DNA of 64,000 bases, taken from positions 32,001-96,000 of the forward strand of contig JABLTJ010000003.1 of the NCBI GenBank assembly GCA_013166775.1. Direction: 5' to 3'. Each line of letters begins with the position of its first letter. Positions within the stretch are counted from its first letter, which is position 1. The position numbers and the translations under genes are program-made. Positions 47,750 to 58,305 of this stretch are shown here, piece after piece. The notes under the pieces were generated by a model. That model did no database searches and had not been told where the DNA came from. It saw only the letters and a program-made list of their open reading frames with translations. Origin of the DNA: Promethearchaeati archaeon. Its GTDB lineage: Archaea; Asgardarchaeota; Heimdallarchaeia; Heimdallarchaeales; Heimdallarchaeaceae.

Positions 47750-49249
47750 ATGACAAAAACAATCATTGTATTGGGTGCAGGTTTGGGAGGTTTAGCTACT
47801 GGGATTTATGCACAGATAAATGGTTTTAAAACATCAATTTTTGAAAAAAATTCCGTTCCTGGCGGTCTTGCTGCTTGTTGGAAGAGAAAACAGTATCTAA
47901 TAGATGGAGGAATTCACTTCCTTTCAGGATATAAACCTGGTTTAAATCTTTACAATGTATTCAAGGAAGTAGGAGCCCATAAAGCAGAATGTATCGATTT
48001 AGACATCTATGCAAGATTTATTGATGAAGAAAGCAATCGAAATATAGACATCTCTGCGGATTTGATTGAATTTCAGAAGAACTTAACTACACTTTTTCCT
48101 AAGGATATCGGTGTAATCAAACATTTTATCAAAGGAATAAGAGGATTGAGTAAATCAGACTTTAGTGAGTTTGGTTTTAAGAATCCTCCTGAGCTAATGA
48201 CAACCAAAGATTGGATTAAGGATTTCTGGGAAAACAGAAAATCATTGAGATATTTTGTGGGAAAATCAATGATGCCTGTTAAAGAATATGTGACGAAAAT
48301 ACATGATCCGATGTTTAGGGAGCTTCTTCTTTACATGTTTTTACCAGATATCCCTATTGTCTTCCTTTGGATGGTTCTAAGTCTCGTCTCACAAAAACAG
48401 ATGGGAGTTTTGAAAAATGGTTCTATTGATTTTGCAAGAAAAATGGTGGATAGATTCGTAGAACTTGGGGGACAGATACACTATGATTCTAAAGTTTCTG
48501 ATATACTAGTTAAGGATGATAAAGTTACAGGAATAGTACTTGAAGATGGAAGTGTACATAATTCGGATTTCTGTATCTCTGCTATCGACGGATTTACTGT
48601 GATTTTTAAAATGTTAAAAGGAAAATATCTAAATGAAAATATAGAAAGAAGATATAAGAAATGGAAAGTTGTTGATCCTTTTGTTTCTGTAAATTTTGGA
48701 GTAAATATGGAGTTTAAAGACGATGTGTGGATGACTTTCATCAAAACCACTGATCCTATCAATGTAGGAAACAAGGAAAAGAACTTTGTATTGATAAGAT
48801 TCTTTAATTATAGCAAATCATTTGCTCCTGAAGGAAAAACAGTAATTCAAGTTGATTTCGAAACTGATTGGGAATATTGGTTTGAATTAAGGAAAGATAT
48901 AACAAAATACAGAGAAGCTAAAAAACAGTTGTCAAAAGAAGTGTTATCTTGGCTAGAGAAAAGATATCCTGGAATATCTAATAAAATTGAAGTTACAGAT
49001 GTAGCTACACCTTATACCTACTGGAGATATACTCTTAATCAAAAAGGAGCATATATGGGTTTCCTACCTACTACAAAATCATTTGTAGCTACTGTAGAGA
49101 AACAACTACCTGGTTTAGAAAATTTTTATATGGCAGGCCAATGGTCAATGTCAATGGGAGGCGTGCAACCTGTAATCTATTCAGGAAAGCATGTGATACA
49201 ATTGCTTTGCAATAATGAAGGACAAGAATTTGTTACAAAGGATGACTAG
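47750..49249 (+). CDS. Phytoene desaturase-family FAD oxidoreductase (COG1233)
   Basis: GAGLGGL, FEKNSVPGG, ATPYTY.RYT, LENFYMAGQW. Confidence 0.88.
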   Translation: MTKTIIVLGAGLGGLATGIYAQINGFKTSIFEKNSVPGGLAACWKRKQYLIDGGIHFLSGYKPGLNLYNVFKEVGAHKAECIDLDIYARFIDEESNRNIDISADLIEFQKNLTTLFPKDIGVIKHFIKGIRGLSKSDFSEFGFKNPPELMTTKDWIKDFWENRKSLRYFVGKSMMPVKEYVTKIHDPMFRELLLYMFLPDIPIVFLWMVLSLVSQKQMGVLKNGSIDFARKMVDRFVELGGQIHYDSKVSDILVKDDKVTGIVLEDGSVHNSDFCISAIDGFTVIFKMLKGKYLNENIERRYKKWKVVDPFVSVNFGVNMEFKDDVWMTFIKTTDPINVGNKEKNFVLIRFFNYSKSFAPEGKTVIQVDFETDWEYWFELRKDITKYREAKKQLSKEVLSWLEKRYPGISNKIEVTDVATPYTYWRYTLNQKGAYMGFLPTTKSFVATVEKQLPGLENFYMAGQWSMSMGGVQPVIYSGKHVIQLLCNNEGQEFVTKDD

Positions 49250-49263
49250 AAAAACTCCCAATC

Positions 49264-49279
49264 CGTAAGGTTTTTTATT
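49264..49279 (+). promoter_or_regulatory. BRE/TATA-like promoter of alaX
   Basis: CGTAAGGTTTTTTATT ends 20 nt before the ATG; an identical 16-mer lies upstream of cdc6. Confidence 0.55.
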
Positions 49280-49299
49280 TTTTACTTTTTGTTATTCTT

Positions 49300-50019
49300 A
49301 TGACTGAGTTTTTATTTCAAATTGATTCGTATATTAAGGAGTTTGAATCTGAGATAATAGAAATATCTGAAAATGCTTTGGTATTAGATAAAACGGCATT
49401 TTCTTATCAGGGAGGGGGATTGCAGAGTGATACTGGTATCATTCAAACAAAGAGCGGGGAGAAGTATGAAGTCAAACATGTAATCTTTAGAAAAGGAAAA
49501 GTTTTTCATTCAATAATTCCAAACCCTTCAGAAGATCTTGTTGGAAAAACAGTAAAATGTAGTATTAACTGGGAACCTCGGTACAGACAAATGAGAATGC
49601 ATACCACATTACACGCTATTTCCGCTATTCTTTACAAGAAATATGGATCAACTGTTACTGGAGGAAATATTGATCCTGAAAAGAGTAGAGTAGATTTCGA
49701 GATTGATCACTTAAGACAAGAAAGAGTTCAGGAAATTGCAGAGGCTATAGAATTGATTGTATCTGGAAGTCATGATGTCTCTATTTCGTTCTTAGAAAGA
49801 GAAGAAGCATTAAAGGATCCTGATTTAATAAGAACAAAAGTCAACCTGATACCTGAAAGCGTGAAAACAATTAGAATTGTGGAAATTGAAGATGGGATTG
49901 ATAAACAAGCTGATGGGGGAGTACATGTTGCAAACACAAAAGAAATTGGTGAATTTATTCCTTTAAAGTCAGAAAATAGAGGTAAGAATAATAAACGTTT
50001 ATATTTTACTGTAAAATAA
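49300..50019 (+). CDS. alaX: Alanyl-tRNA editing protein AlaX-M
   Basis: LDKTAF..GGG..SDTG, MRMHTTLH, QADGGVHV.NT.EIG. Confidence 0.92.
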   Translation: MTEFLFQIDSYIKEFESEIIEISENALVLDKTAFSYQGGGLQSDTGIIQTKSGEKYEVKHVIFRKGKVFHSIIPNPSEDLVGKTVKCSINWEPRYRQMRMHTTLHAISAILYKKYGSTVTGGNIDPEKSRVDFEIDHLRQERVQEIAEAIELIVSGSHDVSISFLEREEALKDPDLIRTKVNLIPESVKTIRIVEIEDGIDKQADGGVHVANTKEIGEFIPLKSENRGKNNKRLYFTVK

Positions 50020-50110
50020 CCAAATTATTAAATAAGAGGTTTAACCACAAACATTAAAAATGTGTTTTATTGAACGATAAAACGTAAGTATTTAGGTGAT
50101 TGGGATAATC

Positions 50111-51028
50111 ATGAAGAAAAGAATAATAGTTGGAATATTTTTTACTGTAACTTTTCTAAGTTCAATGTTCTTCAATACTTGGACAAATGCAGCTGTATAC
50201 GATGAAACGACTGGAAACAAAATTACACCGCAAAGGGAAATTGTTAAAGCTTTTGCAGCTCCTGGTATAATGAACGATACTACTGGTTTTCTAAGTAGAA
50301 TGGAATATGACAATAGTATTATAACTGATAAGAGATTTAAATGGCAAATCGCAAAATACGAAAAAACTAGTAATTTTCATATCACTGAAGGAGATAAGAA
50401 AATCAAAGCAAATGACAAAATAATCGTAATTATTGGAGCAAATCCATTATTACAATTACCAGATGTTCATAGCTGGTGTTTAGTTTATGTAAATGACGTA
50501 ATGGCACGATATCATAGTAACGAAGAACATAGATTAGCCGTGTTCAAGTATATTCAACCTGCTAGAATCAATATAACAGGTTATGATTTATCTGAAGAAA
50601 TTAACTTCGAACTCTTAGACCTGGTTGATGATGATGGATATATTAATTATTTCGATTATCTAGAGCATTCTCTTTATGTAGATCGCAGTATGTGGACCTT
50701 TGAGGAGAAAGTAGCAATATACAATTACACTCTAATTACTGAAACTAACAATGTTACCGAAATGGAATTAACCTTTGACAAGAGATCAGGATTCTTAAAT
50801 GAGATGGACTATAGAGTATCCTACATAAATGGAACTGGAGCACCAGCAGGTGTAAACATATCATTAGTTAGATTACATGGATTTGGATTAAGATATAACA
50901 TTAGTACATGGTTAATCTGGACTCCTATCTTGATTTTAACTATTGCATTAATTGTTGCTCTTAGGATGCGTTTATTCCAAAGATACAAATTACATCGTGA
51001 AGCTATAAAGCTATCTAAAAGAGAGTAA
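50111..51028 (+). CDS. Secreted protein with a C-terminal TM anchor
   Basis: MKKR signal peptide; C-terminal hydrophobic helix and basic tail. Confidence 0.75.
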   Translation: MKKRIIVGIFFTVTFLSSMFFNTWTNAAVYDETTGNKITPQREIVKAFAAPGIMNDTTGFLSRMEYDNSIITDKRFKWQIAKYEKTSNFHITEGDKKIKANDKIIVIIGANPLLQLPDVHSWCLVYVNDVMARYHSNEEHRLAVFKYIQPARINITGYDLSEEINFELLDLVDDDGYINYFDYLEHSLYVDRSMWTFEEKVAIYNYTLITETNNVTEMELTFDKRSGFLNEMDYRVSYINGTGAPAGVNISLVRLHGFGLRYNISTWLIWTPILILTIALIVALRMRLFQRYKLHREAIKLSKRE

Positions 51029-51191
51029 TTCAGATACTCTCCTATTTCATTTTCTTTATTTTCCTTTGTTAAGCAGTTTATCTTTTTTTTACCTAATAAC
51101 GAAAACATTATATGTTTCCGTGATGTTTTTTTTCTTCATAAAGAAAAAGATGTGAAATCTTGATTTTATCATATTATGAAAGTGAAATTAT

Positions 51192-52709
51192 ATGCCAACT
51201 TTAAAAGTAAAAAAAATAGATATAGATGTTGAGAAACCATTCGCATTGATAAATTCTCAGACTCTAGAAGAAGTTAAAATCAAACATTCTACAAATGTAA
51301 AAGTGAAAAGTGAAAAATCAGAAATTATGTGCGAAGTATTTTCAACAACAGACCTTATACTTCCAGGTTATGTGGGTTTAAGTAAAGAATCTGCTAGTCA
51401 ATTACATGTAAAAGAAGAGAAAAAAGTTAATGTATTTGTTAGACGTCGTCCTGTTTCATTAGAACATGTCAAACAGAAAAGAGAAGGACATGTTTGGAAA
51501 GAAAATGAAATAAGAACTATTGTTAACGATATCTGCTCAAACAATTATACGGATTTAGAAATCTCTATGTTCACACTTGCACAATATTATATGGGTCTAA
51601 GCATGGATGAAATTCAATATTTAACAACATCCATGGCAGAATTTGGTATTACACTGGATTTTGATGAGCCAGTTTATGATAAACATAGTATAGGTGGAAT
51701 ACCCGGAAACAAAGTAAGTTTAGTTATAGTACCAACTGTAGCTGCTGCAGGTCTTTTAATCCCAAAAACAAGTTCAAGAGCAATTACAAGTCCTTCTGGA
51801 ACAGCTGATACAATGGAAGTTTTATGTGATGTTAATTTTTCATCTGATGAAATCTTGGAAATTGCCCCAAAAACTAGAGGAATGTTAGTTTGGGGTGGGA
51901 CTCTGGATCTTTCTCCTCTGGATGAAATTGTTATTCACAGAGTAGAGCAACCATTAGGAATCGATCCTCATAGTCAGATGCTAGCTAGTATTTTCAGTAA
52001 AAAAGTGTCAACAGGTGTCGATTACCTTGTACTAGATATTCCAACAGGTGAAGGAACTAAAATGCCTACAAAGGATGATGCTATAGATTATGCCCATGAA
52101 GCTACAGAGTTAGGAAGAAGGCTTGGTATTCAAATTGAAGCTGCATTGAGTTATGGAGAACAACCTCTTGGGAAAGCAATAGGACCTGCTCTAGAAGCAA
52201 GAGAAGCTCTGAATGTTATCTCAGGTAAAGGACCTACTAGTGTATTTGAAAAAAGTGCGGAGTTATCTGGAATACTTTTTGAAATGGCTGGTTTAGCTCA
52301 ACCAGGACAAGGGGCTTCATTAGCAGCTGATTACATTAACAAAGGAAAAACAAAAGAGAAAATGGAAGAAATAATCGGTGTGCAAGGAGGAGATGCAAAT
52401 GTTACAGCTGATGATATTGCTGTTGGGCAATTTACTGAATCAATAAAAGCTCCCAAAGATGGTTATATCATCAAACTTTCAAACGATGCCATTAAGAAAA
52501 TAGCAAAAGCTGCAGGAACTCCAAAACATAAAGAAGCAGGCATATATCTGCACAAAAAGATTGGTGATTTCTGTAGAGAAGGAGAAGAACTAATGACTAT
52601 TTATTCGAACAGTGAAGGAAGGTTAACTGAAGCTCTAAACCTCAGTGCTAATCTAAATCCCTATATATTGGAAGGTATGATTATTAAAAGAATAAAATCT
52701 GGACCATGA
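51192..52709 (+). CDS. AMP phosphorylase
   Basis: DKHSIGGIPGNK, IPKTSSRAITSPSGTADTMEVL; archaeal N-terminal double-psi domain. Confidence 0.93.
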   Translation: MPTLKVKKIDIDVEKPFALINSQTLEEVKIKHSTNVKVKSEKSEIMCEVFSTTDLILPGYVGLSKESASQLHVKEEKKVNVFVRRRPVSLEHVKQKREGHVWKENEIRTIVNDICSNNYTDLEISMFTLAQYYMGLSMDEIQYLTTSMAEFGITLDFDEPVYDKHSIGGIPGNKVSLVIVPTVAAAGLLIPKTSSRAITSPSGTADTMEVLCDVNFSSDEILEIAPKTRGMLVWGGTLDLSPLDEIVIHRVEQPLGIDPHSQMLASIFSKKVSTGVDYLVLDIPTGEGTKMPTKDDAIDYAHEATELGRRLGIQIEAALSYGEQPLGKAIGPALEAREALNVISGKGPTSVFEKSAELSGILFEMAGLAQPGQGASLAADYINKGKTKEKMEEIIGVQGGDANVTADDIAVGQFTESIKAPKDGYIIKLSNDAIKKIAKAAGTPKHKEAGIYLHKKIGDFCREGEELMTIYSNSEGRLTEALNLSANLNPYILEGMIIKRIKSGP

Positions 52710-52719
52710 TAATTCTATC

Positions 52720-53175
52720 TTATGTCTTATTCTCATTTTCTATTTCTTTTCTAAGAATCATTTTATTCATGTAAAGCGATTGATCAAAATACAAGATCTC
52801 GAATCCTACTTTCTCCCAGAAAGGTTTAACAAAAGGAGAACAGCATAATTGAACAGTGTCCTCTTCAATTACATCTCGAATTAATAATTGTGCGCAAATG
52901 AATCCCAATCCTTTCCTTCTTTTATCCTCTCTAACTTCAAAAACATAAATTATAGGACACCCAACGGAAATAAATCCTCCTTCAACATCCTCTTCTGAAG
53001 GAATTATTGCTGTTACAGCAATTAGCTCAGCTTCTAAGAAAAAACCATAACATCTTATTTGTTCATCGAAAAACATTCTATACGAGGTAAAGAACGGAAA
53101 TAAATGACTTGGAACATCATCATAATCTATCAAATTGACAGTCAATTTATCCTCATGGTCTGTATCAAAGTTCAT
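52720..53175 (-). CDS. GNAT family N-acetyltransferase
   Basis: FEVREDKRRKGLG, PFWEKVGF. Confidence 0.85.
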   Translation of the reverse strand: MNFDTDHEDKLTVNLIDYDDVPSHLFPFFTSYRMFFDEQIRCYGFFLEAELIAVTAIIPSEEDVEGGFISVGCPIIYVFEVREDKRRKGLGFICAQLLIRDVIEEDTVQLCCSPFVKPFWEKVGFEILYFDQSLYMNKMILRKEIENENKT

Positions 53176-53250
53176 TTTCTTTCTCTTCGTGAAGAATGTT
53201 CTTTAAATAATTTTGTCTGTTACAAAAGATTTAAGCATTTCTTTAGTTAG

Positions 53251-53266
53251 CGTAAGGTTTTTTATT
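53251..53266 (+). promoter_or_regulatory. BRE/TATA-like promoter of cdc6
   Basis: CGTAAGGTTTTTTATT, identical to 49264-49279. Confidence 0.55.
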
Positions 53267-53302
53267 ATATAATGCAACTAATCATTTGCTAAGGAGATTA
53301 AA

Positions 53303-54505
53303 ATGTCTAAATTTGACCATGTAGAAGACGCGATGTTTGGACAATCGATATTCAAGAACGAATCAACATTATATCCAGAGTATGTTCCACCTGAATTACC
53401 AACGAGGGAAGAGGACATAGCTAGACTTGCAAGAAACTTTCGCTCTTTACTTGGAAAAGAAGGCTCATTCTCAGTTAATGTAGCAATTGTTGGACACGCA
53501 GGTATTGGTAAAACAGCTCTTTGTAAATACACAATGAAAAGATTCGAAGAAGCTGCAAATAATCGTAACATTCATGTTAAGTTTCTATATTACAATTGCC
53601 ATTCTTTTAGAAGTAAGACTGCTATTTTGAGAAATGTTCTTTCAGAACACTTCAGGATTCAATCTCGTGGTTTTAGTGATGAAGAGATTCTCGACATGCT
53701 AGTTAAACGCTTGACAAGGGAAGAGATTAGATTAATAATAGCTCTAGATGAAGCAAATATGTTAAATTCTGAAGACATCTTAAGTATCTTTCACTCTGGA
53801 GAATTATTTGGTTCAGAGCAGAGTATGATATCAACAATAATCATATCAAGACCAATAGAGTATAGATCTCTTCTAAATGTCCCTTTATCAGGACATATTC
53901 ATGATCAAATGGATATCTCAGGATATAGCAGAAATCAACTTCTCCAGATACTTGAATATAGAGCAAATATGGCTCTTTATCCTACCTCTTACACAGAAGA
54001 AACATTAAATCTAATCGCAGATATCTGTTCTTCCTCTCAGAATGCAAGACATGGTTTGGAAATTTTATATCGTGCTGGTAAGCTAACTGATTTAAAACAT
54101 GAGACTTTTATCAATCCTGAATATATACGTGCTGCAAAAGCTGACGTTTACCCTGAATTAAGAAGAGATGTTCTGGAGGAATTAAGATTACAAGAACTTT
54201 TAACAGCACTTGGAATAGCCAGAAAACTAACTATTAAAGGAATAACATCTACAACCATAGAAGATGGATATGAAAGCTATGTATTAACATGTGAAGAGTA
54301 TGACCATGAATTGAGAAGTAAATCTTCATTTCGATCAGCTTTGGAAACTCTTCATAAAGTTGGAATTTTAGGCAAAAGTGTTGGACCAATAGAAGAGGGT
54401 AAAAGAGGAAGAAGAGCTAAAATTACTACATTCGATATACCCGCAACTGTATTAGTTGAGAGAATAGAGAATATTCTCTCAAAACCTGATGTCCTTAAAG
54501 AATAG
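53303..54505 (+). CDS. cdc6: Orc1/Cdc6 replication initiator
   Basis: SIFKNE..L.PEYVP..LP.RE, GHAGIGKT, YYNC, IALDEA, C-terminal wHTH (RGRR). Confidence 0.93.
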   Translation: MSKFDHVEDAMFGQSIFKNESTLYPEYVPPELPTREEDIARLARNFRSLLGKEGSFSVNVAIVGHAGIGKTALCKYTMKRFEEAANNRNIHVKFLYYNCHSFRSKTAILRNVLSEHFRIQSRGFSDEEILDMLVKRLTREEIRLIIALDEANMLNSEDILSIFHSGELFGSEQSMISTIIISRPIEYRSLLNVPLSGHIHDQMDISGYSRNQLLQILEYRANMALYPTSYTEETLNLIADICSSSQNARHGLEILYRAGKLTDLKHETFINPEYIRAAKADVYPELRRDVLEELRLQELLTALGIARKLTIKGITSTTIEDGYESYVLTCEEYDHELRSKSSFRSALETLHKVGILGKSVGPIEEGKRGRRAKITTFDIPATVLVERIENILSKPDVLKE

Positions 54506-54506
54506 A

Positions 54507-54740
54507 TTACTTAACACAAATCATAGTCATACTGTTTTTTACACCATCAATGATGAGGTTATTATTCAAAACTTGATTTTTGAGCTCATCCATAGTATCA
54601 AATTCAATTTTCACTATCAAGTCATATATTCCATAGACAGCATAAACTTCTGTTACTTCTGCGATATCCTTTAATCCTTCTTGAACAGTTTCAAGCATTC
54701 CTGTTTGAACATTTAGTAAGATATAAGCTGCTTGTGTCAT
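54507..54740 (-). CDS. Stand-alone Lrp/AsnC ligand-binding domain protein
   Basis: AYILLNV..G, VYGIYDLIVKIE. Confidence 0.88.
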   Translation of the reverse strand: MTQAAYILLNVQTGMLETVQEGLKDIAEVTEVYAVYGIYDLIVKIEFDTMDELKNQVLNNNLIIDGVKNSMTMICVK

Positions 54741-54841
54741 TTCGATTTTACTCCTATGAAGTCCTTTTTTTCGAATTCATTTAAAAAAACTAACATTGCG
54801 TCATAAAAAAATATGAAAAGAGGAAAAAAAGAAAAAAATGA

Positions 54842-56173
54842 TTAGTATTTTGTTATTTTTAACCTTGATTTGCATGCTGGACAATTCCCATTTCCAACAA
54901 TCCATTGATAAAGATGATTCTTATGAAATGCAATATCACATGAAGGACATCTGATAAGATGCTCTTGATTGTCAATGATTTGTAAGCAGATAGAGCAAGT
55001 TACCTTAATCTCATCAGAAGTTTCAACATTATAGTCTAAAATCTTTTCTGCAAAATTAACACCATAAACTTGGGCTGGTGAATATTTTGCTCGTTGTTCT
55101 TGCATTTGATAATACTTGTCTGATGGCAGAACTACTGTTGAATGTAAATTCATTCTCTTCTTCTTATAATTAACTCGAATCCCAGTAACGACTATTACAA
55201 TGAATATAAATGAAAAAATTGCAAGGATTACTATCATTATAATAATCAAGAGATTAGGAATTGGAGGTGGAGGAGGGGGGGGTATAAAAGGATCAAATAT
55301 TGTCCAATAAAATGAAGGAGTTGATCGTAGAGAATCAATAGGGATATCATTTATGACTTGATTACTTTTCCTTAAGAAAATCCTTCCAATATTTTCTGTT
55401 TGATAGTGATCATAGAAAATAGAACACTTAATCTGAGTACTGTTGCTATAATCATCGGTGTAGAATCTTAGTTTGTACCAATGTTCTTCAAACAAACCTT
55501 CTTCAGTAATGATCTCCACTAATTCTAAATCACTATAAGAAAAGTTACCTGAATATATAACAATAGATTGATCTAATTCGTTGTAGATTTCACAAGTATA
55601 GTTGAATGAAACAACATTTCTTGTTGCTAAATGTAAAACGATCTTTTCAATAGATAAGTAGAACTCCGCATTACGCTCTACTCCAAAAAATACATTATCA
55701 AAAGCATTAATATGGGTCTCATATGTCCAAACAGGATAGTCGTCTGTTAAAACCAACTCAACATTAATTGAATCTACTTTTAGAGAAGAGAATTTTATCT
55801 GAATTACTCCATCCAACTCTATTTCTGAAGTGAAGTGATGAATTGATGTATCTCCTGAAAGAATCAACCAGCTGTTTAGTGTGCTATCATTTACATCAAA
55901 GATTAATTCAATTAATAATCCTTTATAACCATCACCAAACTCAATCCCCCAACTGTTGCATTGAATTGAGAACACAATTATCTGGTTGCTAACTGATACA
56001 TAATAAGAAGTCTCATTTAGATCTGAATCCACTCTCAATGAAAAATTGGTTTGAGTTTCATCAAGCAATATTTCACTTGAAAATACATCGTGACTGATTA
56101 AAGGGAGCATTATCAATACTATTAGAAAAAGTGATGGAAAAAAGATAAAGAGCTTGTTTCTTTTCATTGTCAT
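54842..56173 (-). CDS. Single-pass membrane protein with a cytoplasmic RING finger (putative E3 ubiquitin ligase)
   Basis: Signal peptide, ~290-aa ectodomain, PPPPPPP, TM helix, then CSIC..CPSC..FHKNHLYQW..CPAC. The ATG at 56173 overlaps the upstream TGA. Confidence 0.85.
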   Translation of the reverse strand: MTMKRNKLFIFFPSLFLIVLIMLPLISHDVFSSEILLDETQTNFSLRVDSDLNETSYYVSVSNQIIVFSIQCNSWGIEFGDGYKGLLIELIFDVNDSTLNSWLILSGDTSIHHFTSEIELDGVIQIKFSSLKVDSINVELVLTDDYPVWTYETHINAFDNVFFGVERNAEFYLSIEKIVLHLATRNVVSFNYTCEIYNELDQSIVIYSGNFSYSDLELVEIITEEGLFEEHWYKLRFYTDDYSNSTQIKCSIFYDHYQTENIGRIFLRKSNQVINDIPIDSLRSTPSFYWTIFDPFIPPPPPPPIPNLLIIIMIVILAIFSFIFIVIVVTGIRVNYKKKRMNLHSTVVLPSDKYYQMQEQRAKYSPAQVYGVNFAEKILDYNVETSDEIKVTCSICLQIIDNQEHLIRCPSCDIAFHKNHLYQWIVGNGNCPACKSRLKITKY

Positions 56174-58305
56174 CACATTCGTTTTCTTCTTAAGATGTAA
56201 GCTAAAGCAAAAAGACTGAAAAGAGTAAAACTCCAAAGAAACGAACTGTTTTCTGCATAATAATGACCAGAGGGTTCATTTAGATCTTCATAGTTATACG
56301 ATATTTCTATCTCTCCGTAGTGATATATAGGATAGATTAAGACATAGCACTTTTCATCTGGTAGTACTACTTCTGAATAACCGCTAATTAACAACTCCCA
56401 ATTAGATGCATTAAAAACATAGATTTTTGTTTCAACTAATACAGAATCTGCTAGTATACTTCTACTTCTTTCCTCACCACTTTTGTTATCAATCTCTAAT
56501 AGAACAACATCATCGTATTCAAGGATACACATTTTTTCTTCAGCAAAATTGATGCTCTCTAATATTTGACTACTCACCGATACTCCAGTGTATTCTGCAG
56601 CTAGTAGCTGAATTTTGAAAACATGTCCAGCTGGAACGGTTATAGCAATTGAATAACAGTTACTTTCACTTTCTACTATTGCTGATAAATTCAAATCAAG
56701 CACTACCAAATCGAAAGCATAATCTAAGTTTTCTGATAATACAATTAAGAATGAATCATCAGTTTGATGACCCTTGATAATCATCATTATGTTTTGTTCA
56801 GGTATTAGTGTAACTTCTTGTCTTTTTCCAGATTCTAAGGTAGAAAACTCTTCCTCATCAGTGATTTTGATACTTTGAACTGTTGTAGTTATCTCGTTAC
56901 CCAACCAATCTTTGGTATAAATTTGATAGAATATTTCGCTAGTAAACAAGTCGTATGGTATAGAAAGCAAATATAGATCCTTTTCTACCTCTGTTCCATT
57001 TGAGATCAACCAAAATCCGTTCTTTTCCATTTTATAGTAAATCTCAACATAAGGTACTCCAGTAACATCTTTAACCTTACAATTAACATTCAGGAATCTT
57101 TCATCTGTAAATATGTCCACACTAGTATAAACCCAGAAATCTATTTCTGGAGGAAGATCATCTATTAGTACAGTAAACGTTTCAGTCCGATATTCTCTTA
57201 CATCAGCATCATTTAGATGACTCAAAACAACCTTAATCTTCAGATCCAATTCTACTGCATATTGTTCTACAAGCTCACCTATAATAAATGGTAAATCACT
57301 TGTTTGAAGTTCACCATCACCGAGTCTGATGTATGTTCCTCCAGTCAACATCGCTGCAGAATGTAATTGTTCAATAGTCTTATCATTAGAACTTGTAGCA
57401 ACTATTGAGCAGATTATATATCCTTCTTCAGAGAAATTTGCATACAACTCATACAATAAAGGTCCATCGTAATCAGCTTCCAGTGAATTGGGTGGTACTT
57501 CTAATGGACCGTCACCTATAATCTCTCCTGTATCACATGGTTCATCAGTGATCAAGGTCAGAAGCTTGACTGAATTATCTCTCCACGATAAGTAATTTTG
57601 TGCAACCCACAAAGCGTCTCCCCAAGGCTCATATCCTCCAGCTGCTGTAGTTGCTGAGAGTACATTTACTATGTGTTGAAAATCATTAGTTAAGTCATGT
57701 ACCAATGCTGGATTGTTATAGGGATCTTGCATTGGAATATCATAATCCCCTCCAAAGAATACCAATCCAATTCGTATGTCTGGAACTGTGTCCTCAAGTT
57801 CTTCGATAACTTCAATTAAATCAGCTTTTAGAACATCAATTTCGTCCTGCATGGAACCAGAAATATCTAAGACAATAGCAACATCAATTGGATCTCCAAC
57901 AACTGCTTGACTTGGAACAATATCTATAGTATACTCATCTGTTATCCATGATTCTTCAGGATCAAAGATATCTTTACTCGAAGTAAAATTATCGGCAAGT
58001 AAACCAAAATCATTGGTTTCAGGAAACATTTCTAATAATCTTAACTGTTGCTCTGAATAATTGGTTAAGTTAAAACGCACAGAAAATGAACCACCTGGTA
58101 AAATGCTGGGTATTTTATCCTCTCGATGCGAGTCGATGCTAGGAATCATTTCAATTGTTACATTATCCAATGGATTATTCACTAGGCTAGGAACAATAAC
58201 CGTTGTTGAATGACTGTTCTGTTCCCCAAAAACAGTTGCACTTGATGTAAAAAATATTCCAAGCACAAAAACTGCAATCAGTATTTCTTTTCTTTTCAGA
58301 TTCAT
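56173..58305 (-). CDS. Secreted, surface-anchored von Willebrand factor A domain protein
   Basis: Signal peptide, DVAIVLDISGSM (MIDAS), GGYEP, LITDEP; C-terminal TM followed by RRKRM. Confidence 0.9.
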   Translation of the reverse strand: MNLKRKEILIAVFVLGIFFTSSATVFGEQNSHSTTVIVPSLVNNPLDNVTIEMIPSIDSHREDKIPSILPGGSFSVRFNLTNYSEQQLRLLEMFPETNDFGLLADNFTSSKDIFDPEESWITDEYTIDIVPSQAVVGDPIDVAIVLDISGSMQDEIDVLKADLIEVIEELEDTVPDIRIGLVFFGGDYDIPMQDPYNNPALVHDLTNDFQHIVNVLSATTAAGGYEPWGDALWVAQNYLSWRDNSVKLLTLITDEPCDTGEIIGDGPLEVPPNSLEADYDGPLLYELYANFSEEGYIICSIVATSSNDKTIEQLHSAAMLTGGTYIRLGDGELQTSDLPFIIGELVEQYAVELDLKIKVVLSHLNDADVREYRTETFTVLIDDLPPEIDFWVYTSVDIFTDERFLNVNCKVKDVTGVPYVEIYYKMEKNGFWLISNGTEVEKDLYLLSIPYDLFTSEIFYQIYTKDWLGNEITTTVQSIKITDEEEFSTLESGKRQEVTLIPEQNIMMIIKGHQTDDSFLIVLSENLDYAFDLVVLDLNLSAIVESESNCYSIAITVPAGHVFKIQLLAAEYTGVSVSSQILESINFAEEKMCILEYDDVVLLEIDNKSGEERSRSILADSVLVETKIYVFNASNWELLISGYSEVVLPDEKCYVLIYPIYHYGEIEISYNYEDLNEPSGHYYAENSSFLWSFTLFSLFALAYILRRKRM

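Noticed and set aside
49900-49930. AlaX Zn-site Cys replaced by Asp (QADGG.H)
   Set aside because: This variant is familiar among AlaX-M proteins and is not distinctive.
53176-53302. Replication origin next to cdc6
   Set aside because: The intergenic region is short and no ORB-like repeats were recognised.
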